DNA of 63,209 bases, the filler included, from Phoronis australis (lineage: Eukaryota; Animalia; Phoronida): NCBI GenBank assembly GCA_002633005.1. It is 6 parts of 6 records of this genome, joined end to end, with 100 filler letters (N's around TTAATTAATTAA, not from the genome) between each part and the next. Parts side by side here need not be neighbours in the genome. Positions count along the whole stretch, not along the records: positions 1 to 20,598 come from NMRA01001006.1; 5 more parts are not named here. The stretch is one strand, 5' to 3'. Shown here in pieces: positions 1-11,200 of the stretch. Below the pieces are notes generated by a model, which was not told where the DNA came from, did no database searches, and saw nothing but the letters and a program-made list of their open reading frames with translations. Every line of letters starts with the position of its first letter. The first letter of the stretch is position 1. The position numbers were made by a program, and so were the translations under genes.

Positions 1-55
1 GGGGGGGGGGGGGGTGCATGGCTTCCTTGGCCCTCCCCCTCTAAATCCGCCACTG
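1..55. mobile_element. Right terminus of a probable non-autonomous hAT-like element
   Basis: G-run followed by ...CTAAATCCGCCACTG, the reverse complement of CAGTGGCGGATTT, a common hAT-MITE terminus. The other end is outside the window. Confidence 0.35.
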
Positions 56-1980
56 ATCTTTTATCAAACTGCAACTCAGTTTAACAAAATTTTGTACCTC
101 GGCCAGAAATCAGAAGTCATCGACAATTCTTGTCTATTTCCGTGGCCCGAGTTCCCTGAAGGAGTAGTGGTGATCATATCCTTGAGAACATATTGATGCC
201 ACCTAGCATAAAAGCGTCGTTATTTTGTTTTGATTGTTCTTGCTTTACATTGTGTTGTACGCATTTGGTTGTCCATTAGCCATTTGTTTGCATATGAAGC
301 GCAATTATAATGCATGTTCACTGTAGTCGTAAGTTAATATGGTGTATACGTCGCATTTCCTGCACGCAGCATTAATTGGCCTGGCTCATCGTGAAGATAC
401 GACAAATTTCATCTTAAAGACCGCCTCTCGTAATTAATTACAGGTAAAATCGTTCTAGATCTGTAAGTTTAGTTTCTTCATCGCCTAAATGTGATACCAA
501 GATCAACGTGATATAGAGGCAAGTGATGTGGCCACCGGCAGCGCACTTTGAAGCAAACCGACACCGGTCTTGTTGCTGCTTAAGCTGTAAAAAACGGTAC
601 AAAGACAGCCCAGCACATTGCTCTTTAGCAATTTCTTTTAACTCAAAACAATGCTCTCCTCACTTGAATTGTCACAGTGACGGAGTCTCTGCGAAGAAAT
701 AAATTGACTTTAAAATGAACTAGAAACATATTAACCTAAAAAACTTTACAACCAAAATTCACCGTTGTCTATTAATGAAGAACTACGATTAATTAATCGA
801 AAACGCAAAGTGGCCAAATGATGGCACTTAAATGGGAAGAGTACATTAAACTGAACTTTATTAAATGAAAGCGACGAGAAACTATTTTAGTGTCGGGAGC
901 ACAACGCAAAAATTTTTAGAATTTCTGGGTTTCACAAATTTCTGTTTATTCACGGCTTACCTTACTGGCAAGTAAATGTTGGTTCTATTCCGCGCGGACC
1001 CGTAGGCTTCTTCGGAGTTCTTTTGGCAGCTTACACGAACACATTAGGCGTAGTGAAATTATTCCTTATAGTTTTTGTCTCATTAACACTTAAACTAAAA
1101 TATTTTTCCATATATATACATTATGACAGTAAATCAGGCCACTTGTCTTGTTACAATGCTATAAAAACAAGAGCATCCAACTCTAACCTTTGAACGGCAA
1201 CTTTGATCTCGTGCTACTGAGGTTGCGCCACGCATGCGAGGAATTTGTATGCACTCCTCTGTTCCGGTGTTTGTACTGGTTTTGGCATGGAATTTACTGT
1301 CACTAAAACTTTTCGCACCTCCGCTGTTCTTCAACCGCTAAAGAGAATAACCTGGCACTGGCAAAGGTGTGCAAAATTACTTATAGAATAATTTTACTAA
1401 TTGAAAAAATAGTTACCATGACAGTGGGTTTGTATTTTGATCACAAGAATCAACGCAAAGCAGGTGGTATTACTGTAGGTGTTGACAGTTGTTTTGTGGA
1501 TAGAAGCATGTAATTCTTTTTAAATTATATTTTGATGCAAAACTTGCATTCTCTCCAATATATTTTGTATTCTATTGTAAACAAGGGGTTCATGATATGT
1601 TCATGTAGGTTATAATTGCAAACAAAATTTTATGGCATATTTTTGCCTTTGTTTTATTGCATATACCGTATGCGACTTGTTTCTAAAACGCTGTTTTCCG
1701 CCGCCTCGAATTTTCAGTTTTTGTAGATTCTTATCAGTTCACGCAATATCACATTAGTGAAAGACTGGAGTTTCGGGAGTGAGTTATGACCTTTCCACCT
1801 TACACTAGCTATGACCTCCACTGAAGTGAGTGGATGGCGAGGTCAAACAGCCATAAGTTACCGGAAAAAGACATTATTCAGTAGCATTTACTAAGAATCC
1901 TCGCCTCAAATGTCTCGCGAGTGACTGGTGACAAGGAACGCTGCATTGACCGAGACAGAAAAACGCGACTACATACTTAC

Positions 1981-2068
1981 CCCGCGAACATTAGTCCAGG
2001 TTCTTCTGCACACTTGCCACCCAGTTTTAAGTAGTTTATCATCCCCAACTTCATTTGCTTCAGGTAAG
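1981..2068 (-). CDS. SQLE: Squalene monooxygenase-like, exon 6 (AYLKQMKLGMINYLKLGGKCAEEPGLMFAG)
   Basis: tgtag acceptor and gtaagt donor, phase 1 to 2; resembles SQLE 'YFKLGGECVAGPVGLLS'. Confidence 0.85.
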
Positions 2069-2237
2069 CTACATTGAAGAAGATGTAATTGGTTTGTTTA
2101 AATAAACAACTATCAAATCCCAGTTTGCCTACACAATTTATGGAAAAATAAGAACGCACGTAGCATACTTTTGTAAATATAATCGACTTTTAAATCACAA
2201 AGACAATCTTTGTATTTATAGTCAGTCCCCTGCTTAC

Positions 2238-2570
2238 CATCAGTGCAGGAAAACACGCCGTTCCAAATTTCAGCTAGGCAGCTTATGGTAAAAACACGAT
2301 GCTTGCGCTGTTCGTAAAAAGTCCTGGTAGCTTCTTTCATTCCTTCATAGTCGTAGAGATTCGGTATTTCCGACATCAATTCTACCCACAGTTTGATGTT
2401 ATCCAAGCATACGGTCATTCCACTTCCAGTCACAGGATGGCGCATGCTTAATGCGTCACCCAACACAAGAAGGCCAGGCGTGAACACACGATCTGTTGGA
2501 AGGTAATTGGCCCTGCATGTTCGAATCCCGTTCTTCACTAGGCCATCGCGTAGTGGTGCTTGCAATCTCT
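2238..2570 (-). CDS. SQLE: Squalene monooxygenase-like, exon 5
   Basis: Contains LGDALSMRHPVTGSGMTV (SQLE GD motif GDAYNMRHPLTGGGMTV); catcag acceptor, gtaagc donor, phase 1 to 1. Confidence 0.92.
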
Positions 2571-4069
2571 CTGATGTGAAGAAAACCATAGCAAGAATAA
2601 CTTACTCCGTTTTGGCAAATCAGAAGTGAAGACAACAAATGTGTTTGTGATGTCGTGACTCTTAAAAATGTACCATACACTATACAAAGTGATATGCTGA
2701 TTATACACTGTACATGTATAATAGTAGCCTTAAAGGGGTGAAATTTGCTGAATTATTTCACTTGGAGAAAATGTGGGGGAACAATGTGAATAACTGACTG
2801 TGAAAATGACCAGGTGCCTTCTCTGAAGAACAAGTACCACACATGACGGTTCCAGATTTTTTATAAATCACAATCTAAACAAGAATTTTCATAGGATTTT
2901 TGAATTCCTTTAAGTCAGAAAACGAGGAATTTCAAAGAAAAGATACACACTTTTCGGGTTTTGAGGAAAAACAAATATTCACATTGTACATGAACATGAG
3001 TGACGGTACGGGCGTTTCCTGAGGGTTTATTCCGATTTGAATCGGGAGACTTCCTACTAAAACACCCGCAGTGTTCTGGATATTACCAGAACAAGAGTCT
3101 TGAGTGCCATAAGGTACGTTCTGTATTGGGGTAATGTCTTTTTATTGTGACTACTTTTTCAACGAAAACATGTCCCATTTCTACATTTCAAGCATGACAC
3201 GATTTTAAATGACCTTTTCTTCGAGGGTCGTCTTTATGTCTGAAAAAGCAATATTGCGACTCATTACGTTGTCTGAGTCGAGGAACGGGTGATATTAATA
3301 ATTCACACTCAAACGTGACTCCCGTAGAAGACTCGCAGAGAAACCGTGGACGTGAGCTTTCTTTTCCGATTAGTGCATGTTTGTTTCCACCTAAGTTCAA
3401 CATGTTGCTGGGGTATTACTGTTGATGTTCACATCAAAAGTTGACATTTACTACAAGTATGAATGACCTGGTAATAAATCAAACAACGCCTCCAAAAGCG
3501 TAACACTGAGACTCACAACAACACCGGATTCGGGTTTCTTGCTCGGAAATTGTGTTTCGTTTCAGTACTCCCTGTTGGAAGAAAACTGATTTATATTCCC
3601 GTTTCTTGAACGAACTTCATATTTTGGAGTAGACAACTGGTTCGTGTTCAAGATAAGCGATCCCTATTTTTTCCTCAAGCTGCCTTAATTCTAGCTCACA
3701 AATGTCTAGGCTACTCCATACGGTGCATATTTGCCCGAGGAAGCTTTGCCGTGACCTGAAACGTCACGAGTTTGACTGAAGAAATCTGTTCTTACCGATC
3801 CCAGAGATCTCTTCTAAACCGTGTACAGAACAAGATAAGACCAACCTTATACAGAAATTGGTATAAATCAAAACTTAGGTATTTTTGATAGAAAGCACGC
3901 CGGGTGTAATATCGGTTTACCTTAAAAAGTATTGACTTTAAGTCGCAACTGGCTAAAATTAAACACGGAAAAAGTTCCACAAAATCAAAGTTTCATCGCA
4001 TCTCGTGACTATATCTCCTTTTAAACTCACCGTGCATCGCTGAATTACTATCAACAAAAATTCACTTAC

Positions 4070-4364
4070 CAGGCAACCTAGGGGCAATGACATCGGCTAT
4101 AAATTCCTTCATGTTCTTCGAAGTTCCATCGGCTGCCAGGAGCATGGCGCGGCGGTCCGTGTCAGAAATGTCGTACACTAACATGTAGCACGAGAGATCG
4201 TCGAAAGAGTAAAAGTGAATTTGGTGGGCGTCCTCCGTGGAGTTTTCTCCATCCAAAAGAGTGCCGACGACCACGTAGTTACTTACTGGTTTTTTAGTCA
4301 TGAACTGCTTACGAAACTTTGAAAATCGTCCATCGGCAACAACTGTGACAGCTGCGTGGAACTC
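4070..4364 (-). CDS. SQLE: Squalene monooxygenase-like, exon 4
   Basis: EFHAAVTVVADGRFSKFRK matches the SQLE DG motif (HAPLTVVADGLFSKFRK); tttcag/gtaagt, phase 0 to 1. Confidence 0.92.
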
Positions 4365-5432
4365 CTGAAACGATAAAATTGGCCCTGAATCGTAACAGAC
4401 TAGAAGGTTGAAAGTGTAGGTAAGATTCATTGACATATATGTAGATATAGAATTCAGTGACATAAATTTACATATATTTTCACACTTGCGTTGTACACCA
4501 TTGACCAGCACACGTTCCAATTGCGATCGCCTTGGGTTTATCTGCAGAAATTATGAAAGTGAAAATAATTGCACAAAAAATCAAGCCCTTGAAGAGTTGT
4601 TATTCACTCGAAGCTTCTACGTTTTACTGTTTGCTTGTCACTCCAATATTCATTCAAAAATTTCACCTGGTGCTAAACTCGTAACTATACTAAGGCATTC
4701 ACTAGCTTGGCTGATTGGCTGGCAGATGACGTCATTAGGTCAAAGTCGGTTAGCACAAGATGACCGACATATAACATGATTCATCATTCTTACAAAAAGG
4801 TGAAGCGAAGCGTTTATGATTTCAGAAGTACCAAAAGGAAATTAACTTGATTAGTACTAGAACATTCAACAAGTATTCGCACCCAAACTAAGAATTTCGT
4901 ATGATTTATGTCCATCTCACAAAATCTATGAAGCAGATTCGGTGGATCTCTAGCTGTGCTTGAGCAGACTCATTGACTACAAAAACGCATGCATTAATTA
5001 ATGCCGCTTGCTCCGGTAGACTCGAGACGTTAGCCACTCTCGTACAAGGAGAAATCTTCGCTTATGAAGCGGAAACAGTTATAGCTCATCTCCGTGGTTT
5101 AGGCATGCCTAGTGGAGGGGCAAACTCCTCAACCACAGAAAACTTATGCTAGTGCTCGGGTCGTGGTAATTATACGATCTAGCTCAACTGCTGTGTCATT
5201 CATATGATTCCCTTGACCACACTCACCAAAGCGAACCTGGCAGGTGATCATATCCGAGCATGGGGATATCAGTGGTGCACTGTGGCACCAAAGTAAATTT
5301 GTTACATTTGCATACCGAATAGATCTCAGTCTGCATGGTTGTGTGGGCTACATGTTGATGGTGTTGTACCATGCAAGAAATGCTTTCCAATTTTATAGGG
5401 CAACTGAAGTTGGTGTATAGGCCCCAACTTAC

Positions 5433-5535
5433 CGTCACGAGGTTATCTTCATTTTCTGCTCTGCACTTGACGCCATTTATTATTCCGTTTTCATCCTCGA
5501 TAACGTCAGTGACAGTGCCCTCCACAAACGTGACG
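5433..5535 (-). CDS. SQLE: Squalene monooxygenase-like, exon 3 (NVTFVEGTVTDVIEDENGIINGVKCRAENEDNLVT)
   Basis: ttacag/gtaagt, phase 2 to 0; matches SQLE '[24 protein letters not shown]'. Confidence 0.9.
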
Positions 5536-6097
5536 CTGTAAGTATTGAGAGAGCACAACAGTCTTCCACAGTGCCGAGTCAAATGTAAACTGTCACTACG
5601 TTATGATGTTCTAAACAATCTCTAGAGTTTCTCAAGAGTTAAAATGGATGTTCCTAGACTTTTCTCAACATTATAATATGAGTCCGCCGTGCCGTAAAAT
5701 GCGGAATACCTAAAAACGCGTTCTCCCACTCGTAAAATCTTGACATCTGTATGGAAATACTAAGGTGCGTTCCATACGAAACTCGCGGAGAGTGATTGCT
5801 TGTAATAACCGGCGATATCTCGAAATGAACAAAGAATTGCGTGATCTTGCGTTTTTGCACGTGTTTTGTTATGACGAACGCGACCCTGGGATAGCTGCTG
5901 ACATTTTCAGTTAGGTAAATCTCACTGTAATTGATATATTGATATATCGACCATCGCCCCGCAATTGATTTCAGGGAAAAATGTGTTGCTATAAACGTAC
6001 ACGCCTCGGGGGTCGGGGGAGGAGGAGGGTCGCTTCCACGAGGACGACCAAAGAGTGCCTGCTTGTCAAAGGCATTGAGCTAGTTCGGCCTTTTATT

Positions 6098-6440
6098 TCG
6101 GTCTTAAGAGGTGTATGTTACAGAGATACAGTTGTCAATATCAAAATGTGTGTCTTAAAATGTGATAATACTTACATATATGTGTCAGATTAAATATCCT
6201 CCATGATTTTTACTTACTTCTTTTCCAACGCTGCTCGTTCACGCAATGCTGTTGTTTTGGTCTTAAGCAGTTCATGTTACAGATATGTTACAGATATACA
6301 GTTGCCAACATCATAACTTTTAGTATATTATCATACAAATATATCTTTAAAATTCGATGAAATTTACAAATGTCAAATTTAATGTCCTTTACGGTTTTTA
6401 CTTACTTCTTTTCCAACGCTGCTCGTTCACGCAACGCCGT
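6098..6440. repeat. Degenerate tandem duplication (~160-190 bp units) copying the 3' end and donor of SQLE exon 2
   Basis: TTTTTACTTACTTCTTTTCCAACGCTGCTCGTTCACGCAA occurs at ~6207 and ~6395; GGTCTTAAG...TGTTACAGA.ATACAGTTG is also repeated. Confidence 0.8.
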
Positions 6441-6565
6441 CACAAACTTTTCGTGGTGAAAACCCAAGGAAGGTCGTGGAAGTGTAAACTCCCAGACAGA
6501 CTCTTTTTCGTGGGATTGTGCAAGTTTCTTCAAGGGAGTCGCGCCTTTAACTTCACGGATTACGT
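6406..6565 (-). CDS. SQLE: Squalene monooxygenase-like, exon 2 (DVIREVKG...GFHHEKFVTALRERAALEK)
   Basis: ttttag/gtaagt, phase 1 to 2; FHHxxF motif (SQLE 'AFHHGRFIMSLRKAA'). Confidence 0.9.
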
Positions 6566-7029
6566 CTAAAAGAAAATATTTGTGGTGTTCAATACCAAAA
6601 AAGTGAGGAAAGATGTGCCTGATGAATACTTCAACACTCCCGTCCGTCTTTCTGTCCCTCCCTCCGTCCGACCCCCCGTCCACTTCTCCCTTCTTCCCTT
6701 CCTCTGTCGGTGATTTTGTCAAGTCACGCAGATGTCCGTGTACCATGTTACGTCACATGCAGCTATATCGCTCTAGACACTCTTAGATCCCGGAAATGAC
6801 AATCTGGCAGGTTTGATCAGGTGGGTATGGGCATGAGGGGAGCCACTCAAAAATTGAGTCGTCGTGCGGTCATCAACTGTATCGGATCGACGTAAGTTTA
6901 CATTTGTATCTGGCTTATTTACTGTTGCGCTGAAGTATGGGTTAATCATGCATGTTTACTGAATAAAAGTGCTTGTGTCTTTTGTTAATAGTTTTCACAG
7001 GTGAATATAATTAATGGATTACTTATGCA

Positions 7030-7330
7030 AGTGCTCAATGGTCTGATTGTGCATTTTTGGTGGACCATATACTCTACCTGGCTGCGAACCTTGTGGATAC
7101 AAATTGTTGTAAGTTTCAGAATCTAAACGACCATCATTCTTAATTTTGCGTAAAATCCTCTGTAGCTGTCCTTCTCTAGTTAGTGTAGGATCTGCTTTTA
7201 CACGTCTAAATTTTGAAACATCTCTCAGAATTTCACAAATTTTTAATGGCCTCATCGGAAGGGAAGGGTAATACAGTGTTACGGGTAAGCTTCTTAAGAT
7301 TATTTTCATGCACTTTGATGGTTCTGTTTT
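7030..7330 (-). mobile_element. Penelope-like retroelement fragment (N-terminal RT region) in SQLE intron 1
   Basis: ORF 7019..7441 contains DPTLTREGQLQRILRKIK...YNNLYPQGSQPGRVYGPPKMH, resembling the PLE 'P.LYGLPKIHK' block; truncated. Confidence 0.75.
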
Positions 7331-9319
7331 CGCCTTTTCAACATTATGGGAAATACGTCGGTTCAGGACACACATATCGATGGTTGTCATTGATATATTT
7401 AGTGTCTCCAATAGTTTGTGTTTCAATAAACGCCGAAACATTTCAAGCCGGTTTAAATCCGTTGGTTTTTCAGTATTAACATATGCTGCTACTTGCTATC
7501 ATCAAGATTTCACAGTATTCCTTGTATTGGTAAGACTCTATTTCCGTTACCAACAAGAACATCGAAACAATCATTGACTCAATAAAACGCGCCAGAGCTA
7601 GTCAGTCTATTGGGATTGACCAACACTAAAGTTGCAGAATCCAAATTGGCTCATAATACGCATTAACTGTGGCTTAAGTTTCCGGATCACTCGAAATAAG
7701 AACGGATGAGCACGGTAATATTTTTTTAAACTCAAAGCGCTTAAAAGTCTTGTTGCCCTTAAACACATAGCAACCAACGAGAATGAACGTTTTGCTGCCG
7801 TTTTTTTTCTGGTTATACACACCTTTGGCTGATATACCCAACCACTGGAATTGTCTTACAGTGGCCACTGGGCTAAATAAATGTAGATGTTAGTATCACA
7901 TTTTCTGGTGGTTACCACTAAGAAAAGTTGATCTTGTTCAGTTTTGAGTGCCATTCTAATGGCTTCCCAGACCACACCTACCAGAGCAAACCTGTCAGAT
8001 GGCCATTTCCGAGCATAGGGACCAATAGAGCGCTGCGACGCTCAAGAAAATTGGTTATATTTCCATGCTCAAAACGTCTCTGAGATCAAGGTCCGTTGTC
8101 TTGTTGGATGGGCTTCATTTGATATTTAAGTGAAAACCCAAGGAACATAGCTTCATTTCGGCCGCCAGCATGCAGTCGACTTCGTGCAACCTAAAATAAT
8201 GTCTGACTCAATTTTTCGACAGTATTAAAATCCTTGCTTAAAATTTGCTGAGTTAACTAGCCTTGAGTAGTGTTCATTTTCACATTTAAAAGTCTGTAGC
8301 GAAACAACGTATGATCTGATTATTCTGTTGTTATACATAGTCAACTAATCATGTCGGAGTCTAACATCTAGTCAAGACTCAAAATGCCCTACGAAAGCAA
8401 TACAATACAGAACACGCGGTATGCGGCTGACGTTATCGGTGTGACCTGAAGTTTTCTTATGAGCTAGGCCTATGCAACAACGACTCTGAACCGAAACTCC
8501 GTTCGGCGTCCTCAAATGACTTCTCTGAATTTGACCATGGAACAATGACCTCTTGTTTGACCAAGGAACAATTCAAGCACGGGTTTAATGCCACCTTAAT
8601 ACTGATATTTCACGCTAATCACGTACGGTCACCAGGGGAGGCAGAGCCTAACTACAGTAGATATTATGATTTGAATTTAGGCTTTCATTAGCAGGAAAAC
8701 AAGCCGTGTGTGGTACTAGCGCCTGCTGGACAATAAGATACTGGCTGAAATACATTGGAATTTTAAGGATAGAAACTGGTAATTGGTTTGAAGTTTTAGG
8801 ATCATGAAATTGATAATTCCCCAAGAAAAGCAGGATAGAATCCTCCTTTTTGGGGAGAAATACGATGGGTTTTATTTCTTGACAAAAGTTTGAGTCGATG
8901 CATGTTTACACTAAAAGTATCCATTCTGCGTGGCTGATAATTTGATAATTTACGTTTGCCTGACACAGAACAAAAAGCACGAGGCTAGCGATTAACAAAA
9001 GAAAGATTTTAATCAAGCCTCTGGAAACCAGGGTAGTAACGAGAGTAAGTTTTAATGCCCAGCCTAAAAATTGGTGCTCGAATTTTTTGAAAAAAACGAG
9101 GTACGTTCAGAGCTGTAATTGTGTGTTCGCCGAATATTGGTAGTTCTTACCTTTTAAGTGGACTTTCGTCTCGTTTTCTTGGAATTTTTGTTCTCTGGGG
9201 CGGACTTTTTTGTTCACTTCGTTCTAGCCCCCGAGCCCCCCTGGGTGTGCGCATGCGTAGTGAGGCTACAAACCCTCAGGCTGGCGGAGTTGATACAGGG
9301 GTATCTTGCTTACACTTAC

Positions 9320-9635
9320 CTCCGAGACCAAGTTTATTTAAAGCCCTGATTCCGCCTGGCATGAGAACTTCTCCCGCGATGCTTTCGACTTCACCCATAT
9401 TCTTCTCAATGACGGCAACGCGACGTCCATTGCGCGCCAAGATAGTAGCGAAGGCAGATCCCAGTATCCCTCCGCCAACGATAACTACGTCAGCGTCATC
9501 CATGCTTGTGTCTCTTAGTGAGGCACGAGGTGTTGGCGTCTGTAAATTAAAAGATGAAAGTTTTTCCGTCACCAGGTCACCATTCATTATCACCGTCGAT
9601 GTGACGTCGTTATTCATGAGTACTACAATGATCAT
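9320..9635 (-). CDS. SQLE: Squalene monooxygenase-like, first coding exon (start ATG 9635 or a downstream ATG)
   Basis: DVVIVGGGILGSAFATILARNGRRVAVIEK is the FAD-binding GxGxxG; IAGEVLMPGG resembles IVGEFLQPGG; gtaagt donor, phase 1 joins exon 2 to give GLG-D. Confidence 0.92.
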
Positions 9636-11056
9636 TGTTAAACGATGGCTATATTGTTATGAACACGCCACGCGCACTGTCACAGAACACGGGACCTTGA
9701 TGGTTTTACAACGTTCAAAGCTACATCATTGAAAACTCTCACTATGTTCAAAAAGTCACTGACGCAATACAAAGTTAAAAGTGCAACACCTGTCGTCTGA
9801 TACGCCGAAAAACTGTTAAATATTTTAAGTCATAGTTACGCTTTACGTTGGCAAACCTATCCTAAAATGTAACAAGTTGTTACGTTTTACGCAATTGTTA
9901 CATGTACGTTTTACGGAACCAACGTCATATCACAAAGTAAATGACCAAAATCACGAACAAGTGGAATCCGACACGGTACTCGAGTATGTCTGGAAGAAGA
10001 GTGCCTCCCGAAAATTTGGATAACTACCCAAGGGTTTCTACCTTCAACCTTAACGATATTGTGAGCTGTAGATGCAGGGTGAGCCTACGTTTTGCAGACG
10101 AGGAGCTTGAAATTTAAAATCTTGTTTAGACGTGCGCCAACTTCGAAAATGGAGTCTTTCTGAATCGGCAGGTTCGGTATTGTTTGTAGTTTACTATATC
10201 CTTCTGTAGTTTGCCACGAAGAACTGAATTCAGACTGTAAGCATTTACTTGGACTTACATATAAACGTGAGGTACCCAACGTGTTATCATTTTTGTCTCT
10301 TGTTGAAAACATTGTTCCTTTTCATAGTACTGGGGCTCGTTCCACGATGACGTGTGATTTCGAAAATTGCGGAGGCAGACGCTTTTCAGGAAACTGGCGA
10401 CTAGTCGGGTGTGGCTGCGGTCACCGGGTCATTACATTAGCTGGTAAAGGACATGCAAAACACACAACAATTTTATGTGGAACAGGCCCCATATTCTCAA
10501 AAGAACACTGTGCGGGATTTGAACTAAGTTTCATTGAAAGTGGGTTGTATGGAACAATAAAACGGCTAACGTCGAAATTAGCGATATCCAGTATATGCTT
10601 TTTATGCGATGTAACAAAAGGGTTAATGCACCAAATTCCCTTATCTGCTTAAAACCACGCGTGTTGTTGACAGCGAGCTGCAGCACAAAAATGGCGCCTA
10701 GTGAGACACGTGGCTTCACGTCCTTTAATAGTAGAATATCCAATCTGTGTCCGTAGATATATACATCGGACTAAGAATATCTACGTCGCAACGTTCAACC
10801 CATAAGAAGTATATTTTCCGAAACTGGTAATCGAATCTATTAATGTCACTCACAACATTCCCGTGATTAGGTGACCATGCGTTTTTAGTAAAATGTGTTT
10901 TTGAAAGGTACATTGATATGGAAATATTGGTTGAAAATGCCCAAAAATCGTGTCTGGGATTTCCGCCAAAACTTGTGTCAATACATATGAAATCCAAAAA
11001 CTACGTTCAGTGTTTAACATTTGAGTAAGAATAACGTAACTCTTGGTTTTAAACTA

Positions 11057-11200
11057 AACATAAAAAATGAAAGCGCTCGTAGGAGCGCCACATGGCGAAT
11101 AAACTGAAGAGAGAAATGGAAATGGAGATGATGATGACAGTGATGATGATGATGGTAGTGGCGATTACGAACATGATTATAACAATCATTTGACGAATGA
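11057..11200. repeat. Interspersed repeat head, related copy at ~13850-13960
   Basis: AAAAAATGA.AGCGCTCG.AGGAGCG.CAC.TGGCG followed by a (GAT/GAC)n-like tract in both copies. Confidence 0.6.

Noticed and set aside
1981-9635. Horizontal or retro-origin of the SQLE-like gene
   Set aside because: It has canonical spliceosomal introns at positions and phases matching those recalled for vertebrate SQLE.
9121-9732. 203-aa plus-strand ORF
   Set aside because: It is the antisense shadow of SQLE exon 1 with no recognisable motifs.
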